DNA of 64,000 nt from Octopus bimaculoides. Lineage: Eukaryota. The translations under genes were made by a program, and so were the position numbers. The stretch lies in NCBI RefSeq assembly GCF_001194135.2, contig NC_068981.1:25164138-25228137 (forward strand), read 5' to 3'. Below the pieces are notes generated by a model, which saw only the letters and a program-made list of their open reading frames with translations, had not been told where the DNA came from and did no database searches. Below are positions 40,250 to 52,150 of this stretch, piece after piece. Every line of letters begins with the position of its first letter. The first letter of the stretch is position 1.

Positions 40250-40658
40250 TAGACAGACTGTGGACAGTTTATTGGTTTTATCCTCTATTTTTTTTCATAA
40301 TTGAAGTGGATAGTATGTTTTTGGGGTAGTTGTTGCTTAACAGATTTTTACTGAGCTTGATCATTTCTTCGTGGTGTATATCACGATCGCTTCTTATATT
40401 CTTTGCTCGACGTTTTAGGCACTGAGCAGTCCCTCTCTTTACAATGTATGGATGGCGGGAATTGAAGTTGAGGTATCGTCCAGTGAAGGTCGGCTTGCGG
40501 TATACGGATGTCCTGAATCCATACTTGGTGCGTGTTATTAATATGTCCAGGAATGCTAGTTGATTGTCTTTTTCCTTTTCCACTGTGAACGGTATGGATG
40601 GCTCTGTTGAGTTCACATGATCTAATATGATCCCACCATCCATACAGTGTAAAGGGTA
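40250..40658 (-). mobile_element. Penelope-like element RT thumb fragment within intron 1 of gene 2
   Basis: VNSTEPSIPFTVEKEKDNQLAFLDILITR..TSVYRKPTFTGRYLNFNSRHPYIVKRG..RAKNI..LLSNNYP, the characteristic PLE FT.E.E/FLD/VYRKPT/S.HP/N.YP series. Confidence 0.85.
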
Positions 40659-41559
40659 ATATTGCACTGTTATTCTTAAAGATCAACTGCAATTTCTTAA
40701 CATTTACGTACATATAAACTTATTTCCAGAAACACGCGCTCTGAACACACGTAGTTTCAGGTTTAGTCCAGCTCATATAGGTTTAGACTTCTGCTCATAT
40801 TAGGTTCATTCTTTCATCTGATGATACGTTGGGTCAGAGTCGTGTGACAAAGAATGTTTCTCAAGGAGCTGCCTTCCAAGTCTTATGATGTTATCAGGTG
40901 CAAGTATGCAAACTTGATCAAGGGATGCACTTCGGCACTTGGTGGTGAAAAGATGTTGCCAAAGGTATATGATGCAACATTCAAAAGCATTTTATATCGA
41001 TGTTAAACCTCTGCCGTCTTGTTTTCGTTTTAGGTAGAGGTGATCTACATCACTGTTTATGTGGAAATTACGTGTGTTTGTTAGTATTTTTCGGCTTTTC
41101 ATATCACTGGCTCGATCTCATCAAGCGACCAATATATGTGTGTATGTGTGTGTATGCATGTATTCGTGTATGTGTATGCATATATATATATGTATGCATG
41201 CGTGCACGTTTGTATGTATGTATTCTACATATCCATGTGCTTGTATCGTCATGTTTGTGTATTTGTGTGTTTGCGTGTTTGTATTCATGTTTGTGTGTTT
41301 GTGTGTGTGTATGTGTGTGTCTCTATGTGTATGTGTATCTCTGCCTCCTTGTGTATACAGGTTTTGGTATGTCTGAGTATGAGTTTGTGTGACTATGTAT
41401 GTACGTCTGTTAGGTGTGTCTCCATGTATCCTTGTGTGAAGTCTGCGTGTGTGTATACGGTCATGTGTTTCAGTCTTCGTTTCTATGTATGTATGTATGT
41501 ATGTATGTATGTATGTATGTATAGACCACCCACAATCATCTCGGTGGCAGAGAAAAGCA

Positions 41560-41985
41560 CTGCAGAGCGTTGGAGTGGCTGGAACACACCCACCCAAGAT
41601 CCCGAGAATAACAGTCCGGTGAAAAGAATGATCGCACATGCAATAGGAGCTAGCGTAAGAACCACATAGTAAAGTTTAACAAGAAACTATACATGCAGTT
41701 TCAAGGTGCAGCCATTGGTGTCTGTGTTGCTGGAGATGTGGTCTCCCTCTTCATGACTTGGTGGAACAGAAAACTAAAACAATTCTGAGCAGAACAATCC
41801 ACTACTGTTTTACTTTACTGCAGTTATGTAGATGACATTAACATTCTAGTTAAGACAAACTCTAGTAACTGCAATGTCGAAACCGAGTGGAGTATAATGA
41901 AGAGCATCCAGCATGGAGCCGACTCCATCTACCAAAGTATCAAGGTAACGATAGATTACCCCACAGATTTGCACACAAAAAAAAA
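41560..41985 (+). mobile_element. Second, different Penelope-like RT fragment (motifs B and C) within intron 1 of gene 2
   Basis: HIVKFNKKLYMQFQGAAIGVCVAGDVVSLFMTWWNRKLK, then LLYCSYVDDINILV, then KSIQHGADSIYQSIKVTIDYP. Frameshifted. Confidence 0.7.
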
Positions 41986-42945
41986 CAAACAAAACAAAAA
42001 GAATGCAGATCCGATAACGGACAGAGTCAACGACTATTGAAAAGGTTGCAAGACGCAACGGAAATTTTAGTAAAAATAAATAAGTAAATAAGTGGAAATC
42101 GGTGAGTGTGTTAAATTAATAAGGCACTAAAAGAGAATTACTCTACTTAGACACAATAAAATATGCTTCAACACACGAATTCACATAAGGAATCTTGCAA
42201 ACCAAATACAAAAACTGATATTCCAGTTCAAATACATTTAAGCTATAAATACCAACTGGAACTTCTAAGGAATTTATGTCTAACACCCTGTTATACGCAT
42301 TTAGCTCAGATCACAGGACTGCACGGACTCATGTAACACTTTTTCCTGATCTCTTCTCTCATGCTTGCATGCTGAATGCTAAAGTTTTCATTACAAAAAA
42401 AGAGAAAACTAACTTTTGTGTATTTTTGTGTAAGAATTACTCGGTGGCTCAAGGTTTCTGGAGAAGATTGCGAAATCTACGCTTTGCTAAAATATTTTAA
42501 GAGCGAAATAATTATGTGTATTTCTCCAGTACATTTAGAAACAGTTTTCGTCAATGAATTTATGTCTTTTCCACATCACTTAATTGTTTCTAATTAAGAT
42601 TTTAATGCTCACTAAAATCGCATGTGAACAAAATTTCTTGAATGTGTTGTGTATTGTAAGCATGTTATTTAATTAATACATCATTTCATTATATTTCACC
42701 GTTCATCATTTTCAGTGATGTCTATAAATAATTGTAAATATATCAAGCATATTAGAAATAAGGTATTCACTGTTTTCATTGACACTTGATTCGATATTCT
42801 CTACAATTTTCTGTTTGTAAGAATTCAGTCTTTTGTATAAAATCTAGCTTCTTTGAATTAGAGGATGATAAATATATTACTAATACATATCGTGTATTAC
42901 ACATTTATTTATGTTATTTGAGCTTAAATATTCTTTCTCTTATAG

Positions 42946-43458
42946 GTGCTCCCCCAGATTGTAATCTTCCTAGCCTTCAATGTCATCTTGTTTGTCTCTT
43001 CGGCGTCAATTCCAAGCCAATGTGAAATACCAAAATCTCTGAAAGTTCATTTCGAGAGTCTGCCCAGAGCAGACATGGGTAATAATTTTTTTCTACCCGT
43101 TGAATTACTTCGAGCCGAAAGTATCTCGACCCCACTAAGCGATGGAAATCTAACTTGCCCAGAATCTATTGATTCTTCCGGTAACATACGTGAGCGTTCA
43201 ACCTGTCCTTGGTACCAGAAAACTACTTATAATTCAAGACTTTACTTTCCATCATATACTGAAGCAGTGTGTCCATGCAGTAATTGTCAGGACCGTGACA
43301 AGAATTATCAGTGTGCTACAATTTTTTCTAAAATAACTGTCCTCGAACGTACAGATGAATGTGTTGGTGAACTGTGTATATACAAACCAATTGTAGTTGA
43401 TGTAGCAACAGCTTGTGTTTGCGCACGGAAAGTCAGCAAGCCAAGTAAAGGAAATTAA
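42946..43458 (+). CDS. IL17: IL-17-like gene 2, coding exon 2; predicted full protein 175 aa
   Basis: Acceptor ttctttctcttatag at 42945, then VLPQIVIFLAFNVILFVSSA|SIPSQC. Motifs RERSTCPWY, EAVCPCSNC, ATACVCA. Intact ORF. Confidence 0.93.
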   Translation: MLPQIVIFLAFNVILFVSSASIPSQCEIPKSLKVHFESLPRADMGNNFFLPVELLRAESISTPLSDGNLTCPESIDSSGNIRERSTCPWYQKTTYNSRLYFPSYTEAVCPCSNCQDRDKNYQCATIFSKITVLERTDECVGELCIYKPIVVDVATACVCARKVSKPSKGN

Positions 43459-43742
43459 AAAAATATGAGGAAAGTGAACAGTAACGGAAAGTTATTCATG
43501 ATCGTTTAAGTAGAGGACTATATGCTTAGTATATTTTGTACACATATACACGCGCGCGCGCGCATGCACGCACATACATACATATATGCATACATACGGA
43601 GACACACACATTATATGTGAATATATAAAATTACCTAATTACACGCATTATATACATACCTAACATACATATACACAAAACATATGTACACATATACGTG
43701 CATATATACATACATACACACACATACACACATAGATACATA

Positions 43743-43773
<31 letters not shown>

Positions 43774-44689
43774 TACACATACATACATACATACATATAC
43801 GTACACACGCTCGCATATTATACAATGTTAAACCATTGTTTATAATTATTTCCCTCTCCTTAGATCCTATGCAATAGAAAGTACCAGTGATATTCTACGA
43901 CTGATTCAATCAAATATATTCTACTCGATTAAACTTTTAGCATTGTATCAGTGTATGAAACTCTAATTATCCAGTGACTCAAGTTCGAGGTTTCCTATAT
44001 CGAGCCTATATGTCTAGTAGGTTCCTGCCACACATCTTTTTTACCCTACTCGGTTATATACACATTCTTAAAATATGTGTTTTCTTGAAGACAAATATAT
44101 ATCTACGTACGCTGGTTTATTTATTATCTAACCTCTTTGTACCAACGTGTTTGTATCCGTCCGTATTTCTCTGATACAAATTTCTATTGAAATTTCATGT
44201 TCCAAACTACGGAAAAATTATGACAGTTATTTCTGTAGATCTTTTCATTATTTTCAGTATTAATTGACACGAAGTCAATGAATTTCCACAGAAATATGGC
44301 AGCAGAATTGTTATTATGATAACAAGAGTTAATTCTTGAATATATAGGACTTACTTGAACTGCAACTTAGAGGAAAGTTTGTCCCAGTTTAAGTATAAAC
44401 CTTAATGGTTTTAGAAATCAAGTACAAAACGTACAAAGGTTACCGTGTACTACAACTTAAAATCACATTTGAGGTTTATGAAAAAATACTATGAATAATA
44501 AAACATTGTCGAAGCGTTAAGTAATTTTGGAGCAGTTCTTCAAGACCTCTTTTCCTATGTACAGCATCTTACAAAAGATGCAGAGTTCCATGCATGTTTT
44601 CTGTGTAACAATACATCACGTTATCGACCAGACAATCGGATGTTGCTATACACCGCTTTTTACAATGCTCTTCACATTGTTTTAACTTA

Positions 44690-44880
44690 TGAACGATGCT
44701 ATTCCGTTGGTTTGACAATCATATCAGCCTTCACTCTAAACGAAAATCCAGTCTGTCGCAAGGTTACCCATCTATTACTGGGTGGACGGGAGCACCGTAA
44801 AATGAAGTGTTTTGCTCAAGGCCGTAACACAAAGTCGGAATCTGAATCGAAACCACGATCTAGCGTTCGTTTGTTATTTA
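44690..44880 (-). mobile_element. Degenerate SINE of a third type
   Basis: ctgggtggacgggagcaccgtaaaatgaagtgttttgctcaagg..aatcgaaaccacgatc is the reverse complement of a tRNA B-box plus ccttgagcaa core. Confidence 0.55.
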
Positions 44881-44913
44881 CCTTAACTAGAAGATCACGA
44901 GCTTCCACAATAA

Positions 44914-44958
<45 letters not shown>

Positions 44959-45185
44959 CTCTCTCTTTCTCCCCCTCTCTCTCCAACCCTCTCTCTCTAT
45001 ATATATTATAAATATATATCGAGAGGGAGGTACGAATATACATACATATGTGTGTCTTTTGAGGCCTCCGTTACATTGGCAGACCTTCTGGCATACATTG
45101 CATTGAAAGGTGTGCACAGACATTTAGGCAGAGTAGTTTTTTTTATTATACATATTCTTATACGTATATGCATGAATATTTTTAC

Positions 45186-45221
<36 letters not shown>

Positions 45222-47110
45222 TTTATATTTAAATCTTATTTTATTTATATTCTTAAATTACACATCTTTTACTTCTTATAAATATATATACATATTATTA
45301 TCATTATTATTAATATTTAAATCTCATTTATATTTTTAAATCACATGGCTTACATTTTCTTTTAATGAATGAATGAGCTACTCCGCGTCGGACACCGGAG
45401 TAATATTTGATCATTTTATAGAGTGCTCGGGTATTGGTTTGGTGTCTGCAATGTAATAGCTTACTTCATGGGCATGTAGAAGTTCTTTAACCTTGGTTGG
45501 TAATCTATCTAGAAGAAGGAAACCTGATGCCTTGGAAGTTCCTGGTTTTGTCAATTTTCATGTCATACCGGCGAAAGTCTTCTTGGGCCAATAGTTAGGG
45601 ATAGTGCAGTGCAAGCTATACTCACTGAAAATTATTCATCTACACGCACACACATACACACACATATATATGCATATATAGATAAATGTTTACACACACA
45701 CACATATATATATGAGTGCGTGTGTATGCATATGTATATATATATATGAGTGAATGTTTGCATATATATATATATACATATATATTTATATATGTATAAC
45801 CCCCCCCCACACACACACACATACATATGAATACGCAAGTGCATACAAGTACGCATACTTTTTACAATAGTATTCACATTCTTGATAGCATGTTTATTTA
45901 TATATATTTTTTATATATTTGAAAATTAATATTTTGTTAATGGTAAATATTCACTTTTACTTCAATATTTATTTATTTATTTCTTACGTAATTTTCATTT
46001 TTTGTTTTACTTAATATAACAATTTTTGTATAGCCGAGTGTCGATTGTAAATATATCTAAATACATTTTACATCTGTATCAGATGCTTTTTATAATTCGT
46101 GAAACAAGAAGAGATAGTTATAAATTTGTACAATGTTGTAATTTAATTTATTAAATGTAGCTTTCTTTGTAACCAATAAAATACATTATTAATTCAAATC
46201 TTATTCGTCTTTATTTTCACTTCAGCATGTTTTTCTTTAACTTGTTATAGTAATCTAAACTGTGCACTGCTTAACTCGCTGATTCGATTTAATAATGGGC
46301 TACCAGATGTCTGAATGAATCCTTTTAAATCATTTTATATATATGTATGTGCATATATATATATATATANNNNNNNNNNNNNNNNNNNNNNNNNNNNNNN
46401 NNNNNNNNNNNNNNNNNNNNNNNNNNNNNNNNNNNNNNNNNNNNNNNNNNNNNNNNNNNNNNNNNNNNNNNNNNNNNNNNNNNNNNNNNNNNNNNNNNNN
46501 NNNNNNNNNNNNNNNNNNNNNNNNNNNNNNNNNNNNNNNNNNNNNNNNNNNNNNNNNNNNNNNNNNNNNNNNNNNNNNNNNNNNNNNNNNNNNNNNNNNN
46601 NNNNNNNNNNNNNNNNNNNNNNNNNNNNNNNNNNNNNNNNNNNNNNNNNNNNNNNNNNNNNNNNNNNNNNNNNNNNNNNNNNNNNNNNNNNNNNNNNNNN
46701 NNNNNNNNNNNNNNNNNNNNNNNNNNNNNNNNNNNNNNNNNNNNNNNNNNNNNNNNNNNNNNNNNNNNNNNNNNNNNNNNNNNNNNNNNNNNNNNNNNNN
46801 NNNNNNNNNNNNNNNNNNNNNNNNNNNNNNNNNNNNNNNNNNNNNNNNNNNNNNNNNNNNNNNNNNNNNNNNNNNNNNNNNNNNNNNNNNNNNNNNNNNN
46901 NNNNNNNNNNNNNNNNNNNNNNNNNNNNNNNNNNNNNNNNNNNNNNNNNNNNNNNNNNNNNNNNNNNNNNNNNNNNNNNNNNNNNNNNNNNATATATATA
47001 TATATATATATATATATACGTGTATATATATATATATGTAATATGTGGGACTGAGCCCGGAACCATGTAGTTGGGAAGAACGTTTCGCACCATACAGCCA
47101 CGCCTGCGCT

Positions 47111-47141
<31 letters not shown>

Positions 47142-47171
47142 ATTCAAATATGAATTGGAAGCAGTTAGAGG

Positions 47172-47503
47172 TATATGAACAAAATCGAACACGTACACAT
47201 AAGATATGTGTGTGTTATTAGTTCGTAGGTCGGTTGCGTTTTAGGCATAAGAGAATATATTCTCAAATCACCGAACTATATATTGCTTAATGCTCGAAGT
47301 GTATAAGCAAAATCGAATACACATCGATGTCTGTCGCTCCGGAAAATGGTCCTGTGTGATTTGTCTAGCTTGCCTGTGATTTACTTGAGGATGTTTTTAA
47401 CACCAGGCGTATTGAGAACATATTCTCTTACGCCTAAAAGGCAGCCGACCCACGGACTAACAAGAAACACCTTGTGTATGGGTGTTCGATTTTTATTTAT
47501 ATA
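47172..47503. mobile_element. MITE-like element with about 92-95-bp imperfect TIRs
   Basis: 47172-47266 aligns to the reverse complement of 47412-47503 (aaaatcgaacac..gtcgg.tgc.ttttaggc.taagagaatat.ttctcaa). Confidence 0.7.
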
Positions 47504-47605
47504 CTTTGAGGTGCTGGTTCTGATTCGTATCTGAATTTTTTCCATGGCACGAAACGTTCGTATATGCCAGTAGATGGTTCTCAAACCATTTAATATATAG
47601 TCATA

Positions 47606-47798
47606 GGAGAATTCACGAAAAAAACAAGAGACGAAGACAGGTGGTGTAAACAACAAATGGATGTATTAGTATAACGCTCGAGAATAGAGAAAGTCTTTAA
47701 CGTTTCGAGCCTACGCTCTATTCCCGAGCGTTATACTAATACATCTATTTGTTGTTTACATCACCTGCCTTCGTCTGCTGTTTTTTCGTGAATTCTCC
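47606..47798. repeat. Near-perfect fold-back hairpin, about 84-bp arms with a 26-nt loop
   Basis: ggagaattcacgaaaaaa..gtaaacaacaaat.gatgtattagtataacgctcg.gaatagag (47606-47689) pairs with 47716-47798. The loop contains acgtttcgagcctacg. Confidence 0.85.
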
Positions 47799-49217
47799 CA
47801 TACATAGCACACGCTCACATGGTCGCACCAGCTAATCCTGTTTCTAATCATCACACACGAATTTCTGGACTCTCTACCTTTTTGCATTCTGGACTATTTA
47901 TTCTGGACTTTTTTATTCGGAACTTTGCACTCTCCGGTTGCACCTCTTCTGCTTACGGATTACGCTGTACCTATCTACTGATAATATATAGTCATAGTCG
48001 GTGATATTGCTTGCGGTAGGCCTAGTTTGGCACGCAGTATTGAAAAGTCACAGTGACGAAAGGTCGATGTCGGTTGCTCCGGAAAAGGGACCTATCTATA
48101 ACTTACTTTCAGGTTTTTTAACACCAGGCACATTCAGCTCTATTTATGCAGCTGATAAGGAATATGTTGGCTTTTAGTGAACAATTACTGTACACTTCTG
48201 GCAACAGTAACACTTGTGTATGAAATTCAAAAATGGCGATTGATGGAAGTTAAAAATTTATCAATAAAGACGTGAGTCGCTTTTCATGCTGGTACAGTGT
48301 TGTCTTCGCGCTTGGGTGTTGTTTTCCTTTACATGATATTTAAGGAATATCTTGTAGGTCTTCTTACGACTCCTTCTAATAATTCTTTATATCTTAGTTG
48401 TAAAGGTATCACAAATGTATCAGAAAAGGCCTGAATCATTTTCACATTCACGAAACATCCTGGAAAAAATAAGAAAGAAAATTTTCTCCTTTGAAACATA
48501 GAAGTGCAAAAATTCCCCCTCTAATTATTTCCGATGGAAAGGAGTATGGACAATATTATACCAATGCAAACTGTGATAGTTTTTCAATGTGATATATTTT
48601 CCCAATGATAACTACTCAGGTGTTCTAAATATATGACACAACAGTTACAGAACTGCATAGATATTCTACATATTGGAAAGTAAATAAAATTATTTTAAAA
48701 ATACAAACTGACAGAACTAGCAACAACATCTAAAGTTCTCTCCTAGTGAGATAATGAGCCTAGCGGTGCATAATTATCTTGACTTGTGAAAGAAAATAAA
48801 TAATATTAGATGGCTCCGGTGTGCTCAAGATAAACTCTGGTGTTCTCTCATTAAGCACCCCCTGTCAAAATTTCCAGTGTTTACTCATTAAATATTCTCC
48901 AGGCTCCTTTCGTTAAACGACTTCACCCCCCGGTGATCTAGTGTTAAACTTTCCTGCGGTGAACTCCAGTTAAACGTTCTTTGGTGTCATTTTTATTATT
49001 TATGGTTCAGGAGGTATAATGAGTGTTTCTTTCCTTAAAACACCGTGGAGGACATGACCAAGAATTTTCAAGCTCAACAGATGATGAACAAAATACATAA
49101 TATGAACAAAATAGTCCCAAATTAGCAAGGATGTCTGCAATTCCAAAGTTTTCGTGGGAACAAAAATGTGGTAGATTTAAAGCACCATGTGTCCAAGCTA
49201 TCTAATAATAGGCAGAC

Positions 49218-49253
<36 letters not shown>

Positions 49254-49924
49254 AATGGAGGCTTAAGAAGATTCGACAAAATGTGTGAATAAAATCTGTA
49301 TCCTACAGAAAACATAATGGGTTTCAAAGTAGTGTGACCGACTAACGAGAACAATATACACGTTTATCAGAGCGTATTTCAAAATTCTAGGTAAAATACT
49401 TTCGAAAGACACTCTCAAACCTGCGGATGACAGAATATGATTGTCGAAGTGCTCACCAAGAGTTTATTAAGAGACGAAAGAAAGTTAATATGAGCACACA
49501 AAGACTTTACTAAGCCACTCAAATTAGTGAATGCTAACAGGTACCGTTACGTGCTTCAGAACTCAATAGTTGAGGATGTACATATTTTTTTGTCTATACT
49601 GGAGAATATTTTCATATCTCCATGGTGGTGATGATTAAAAGTAGTGAATGATGGCATCATCGTCGGTGGAGTATATATGGTTTGTTAGAAGTTCTTTAGT
49701 GCACAGCGGGTAATGCGATTTGAAATGTTATCAGATAAGTACCACAAGACAGAGACATGGATGTCAACTTAGAAACATGAGGTCTCCTCCTATCTCTGCT
49801 GATGGTATTGTAACTTGAAAACTAGAACCGTCTCCTCTTTACTGGGAGCTATCCGATTTAGAAACAGCTACACACAAACATTTATATCTGTCTGATCTCA
49901 CCCACTAGCCACCGCAATAATTAC

Positions 49925-50125
49925 TAAACTGGCAGAATCGGTAGCACGCTAAGCAAAATACCTGGCGGCATTTCGTCCATCTACGTTCTGAGGTCAAATG
50001 CCGCCGGGGTCGACTTCACCTTTCATCCTTTCGGGGTCAATAAAATAAGTGCCAGCTGAGTACTGGGCTCGATCTTATCAACTTAGCCCCTCCCCTCAAG
50101 TTACTGGCCTTTGCCAAAATTTAAA
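49925..50125 (+). mobile_element. Family-B SINE
   Basis: ctggcagaatcggtagcacg..gccgccggggtcgacttcacctttcatcctttcggggtc matches 61938-62165. Confidence 0.8.
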
Positions 50126-51394
50126 ACCAATAATCACAACGGCTAGTACTCAGTATATTCCTTCGTAGAACATCGGTACTCTACAACTCTCCCACAGTAT
50201 ATCTTTTCCCTGCAGTTGTCGACTGGAAATGCTAACTGCATCAGTATCAAGAGGAACTCTTCCTGTATGACAATCGCCAGTCTTGGGACGCCTGTGAAGT
50301 TTATGGCACGCAGACTTCTGAAAGTAATGAACCTGCACTGCTCCACGCTTTATATTCGCAAACAGACACCCGTCCTAGATTATCTACATCGTCTTAGAGT
50401 AGCTATGGAAAGAACCATAATTTTTCGTTTCTTGAAATTTCTCATCGTCCCAATAATACCGTTCGAATTACTCTGACGATCTTCTCTTTTCGAAAACAAT
50501 TTAAATATTTTAGATATCTTAAGCTTACCATAAAGTTATTATTTAAACCAAGTTTAGACCTCTCTGATTACAATAAAAATGGAGGCTGTATGTATATTAA
50601 TTAATGTATTAACTGGTGACGTATATTCGGTAGTTATGGCACAAGAGAGACAACGTAGCACATCAGAGATTATGTGTATTAATGATTCTTGTATAATAAT
50701 ATATACTTCTAAACTTATTCCTAGCAAATGTAAAAGCTGCTCCGAAACCTAAGATAATATTGTAATGAAGAAGAGTTGTAAATTAATATAACTTAAAATG
50801 GTTGTTCAACCATTATTTGGAGATAAAAACTATTTGTGTTTATAAATGGAAAGCTTAGCATGTGACAATTTTACTGCTAAAGAATATGTTTAAAGCATAC
50901 ACAACCCTAGGTGTTTGCTGGATGGCTACTGTTGAACGCCTTTGTTTCTATTTCTATTCCGTCAGAACTACGATTGGGTTAAGCATGAACAACGAAAACA
51001 TTCACAACTTAACAAATGATTTGCCTCAGTTAGAGCTGAACACTTCACCACGCACAAAGACACACACACACACACACAGACAAGCCTACATGCGCGCGCA
51101 CATGAAACTATGAATATACAACAGAATGATGTAAGAGTTATCATTTTTGTATTACTGTATAAATCGTAGCAACGCTGACCCGTTCTGTATCCATTGTTTG
51201 TGGATATAACGTTGAAACAAATTAACAAATTATAAAAGATATTTCTTGCTTACTTTAGGTCCTCCCTCTGTGTACAAGTCGAAGCAGTCTTCTCACTTGT
51301 TAGTTCCATCTGTTACAAAAATCAATTAATTTATTCGCCTTACATTGTTTCATGTCATGTCGGATTTCCTCTGCCTCGACTGGTTTTCAAGACT

Positions 51395-51402
51395 TATATA
51401 AG
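51395..51402 (+). promoter_or_regulatory. Candidate TATA box (TATATAAG) of IL-17-like gene 3, with a kappaB-like GGATTTCC at 51362-51369
   Basis: Lies 136 nt upstream of ATG 51531 and is positionally matched in gene 2. Confidence 0.5.
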
Positions 51403-51530
51403 TAAATCTAGGACAGCTGATAACATTTCAAAAGCGTATCACATTGAGGAACGAACCCCCTCGGGTTTCAGTCGTAAAATATCGTATTGTTTTCCTTGAT
51501 TTTTCAATTTTCAACTGAAGAATCAGTATA

Positions 51531-51545
51531 ATGAAGAAAATTTCA
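51531..51545 (+). CDS. IL17: IL-17-like gene 3, coding exon 1 (MKKIS), phase-0 donor
   Basis: tataATG AAG AAA ATT TCA|GTAAGTAAACTTAT, in frame with the acceptor at 54848. Confidence 0.8.
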
Positions 51546-51626
51546 GTAAGTAAACTTATGCTAATTACCTCATCTGATGTATTTCAGAATACGTTTACAT
51601 ACATACATACATACATATGTCATACA

Positions 51627-51657
<31 letters not shown>

Positions 51658-51829
51658 GTCATACGTACTGTGTCATACGTACCCAGACGTTCTCACCAGA
51701 TGCTTCCTCGACGTCATTTTGTCTAATTTCAAACCGACGTATGGAGTATTCTTTTAAACCCTGTTTTAAAATACCATAGCCCACTCGAATAGGGAGTCGT
51801 TGCCTACCTTGCCTAATGTAGCCCACGGT

Positions 51830-52150
51830 TGCTGGCGTAGCTTTGCAATAGGAAGCCTACTTCTCAACCACATAGTTCCTGGTTCAGACGGAAACTGAAA
51901 GAAGCTCGTTGTATATTAATATGTACAATATCAATGCGTGTATCTTTGTGTCTGTGTTTGTCCCCGCCATCACTTGACAATCGGCGCAGGTGTGTTTACG
52001 TCCCATAACTTAGTGGTTCAGCTTACGGGATCGATAGAATAAGTACTAAGCTAAAAAATACTGTCCTGGCGTCGATTTGTTCGACAAGTACTGCTGAGGT
52101 GGGTACCTCAGTATGGCTGAAGTTACATGACTGAAACAAGTAAAAGATAA
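51830..52150 (+). mobile_element. Family-A SINE with internal deletion (intron 1 of gene 3)
   Basis: Head, then gacggaaactgaaagaagc, then the 3' body (cacttgacaa.cgg..acttag.ggttc..atgactgaaacaagtaaaaga), as in 62763-63168. Confidence 0.75.

Noticed and set aside
45043-45123. Minus-strand C2H2-like peptide FQCNVCQKVCQCNGGLKRH
   Set aside because: It is a single isolated finger with no TGEKP linkers and runs into microsatellite. It better fits the C-terminal finger of an RTE-type LINE remnant than a zinc-finger gene.
50143-50346. Overlapping minus-strand ORFs with an acceptor-like ttactttcag
   Set aside because: DAVSISSRQLQGK weakly resembles the LINE RT motif DAIF..RQLQEK, so a decayed retroelement is more likely than a host exon. 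Too weak to call either way.
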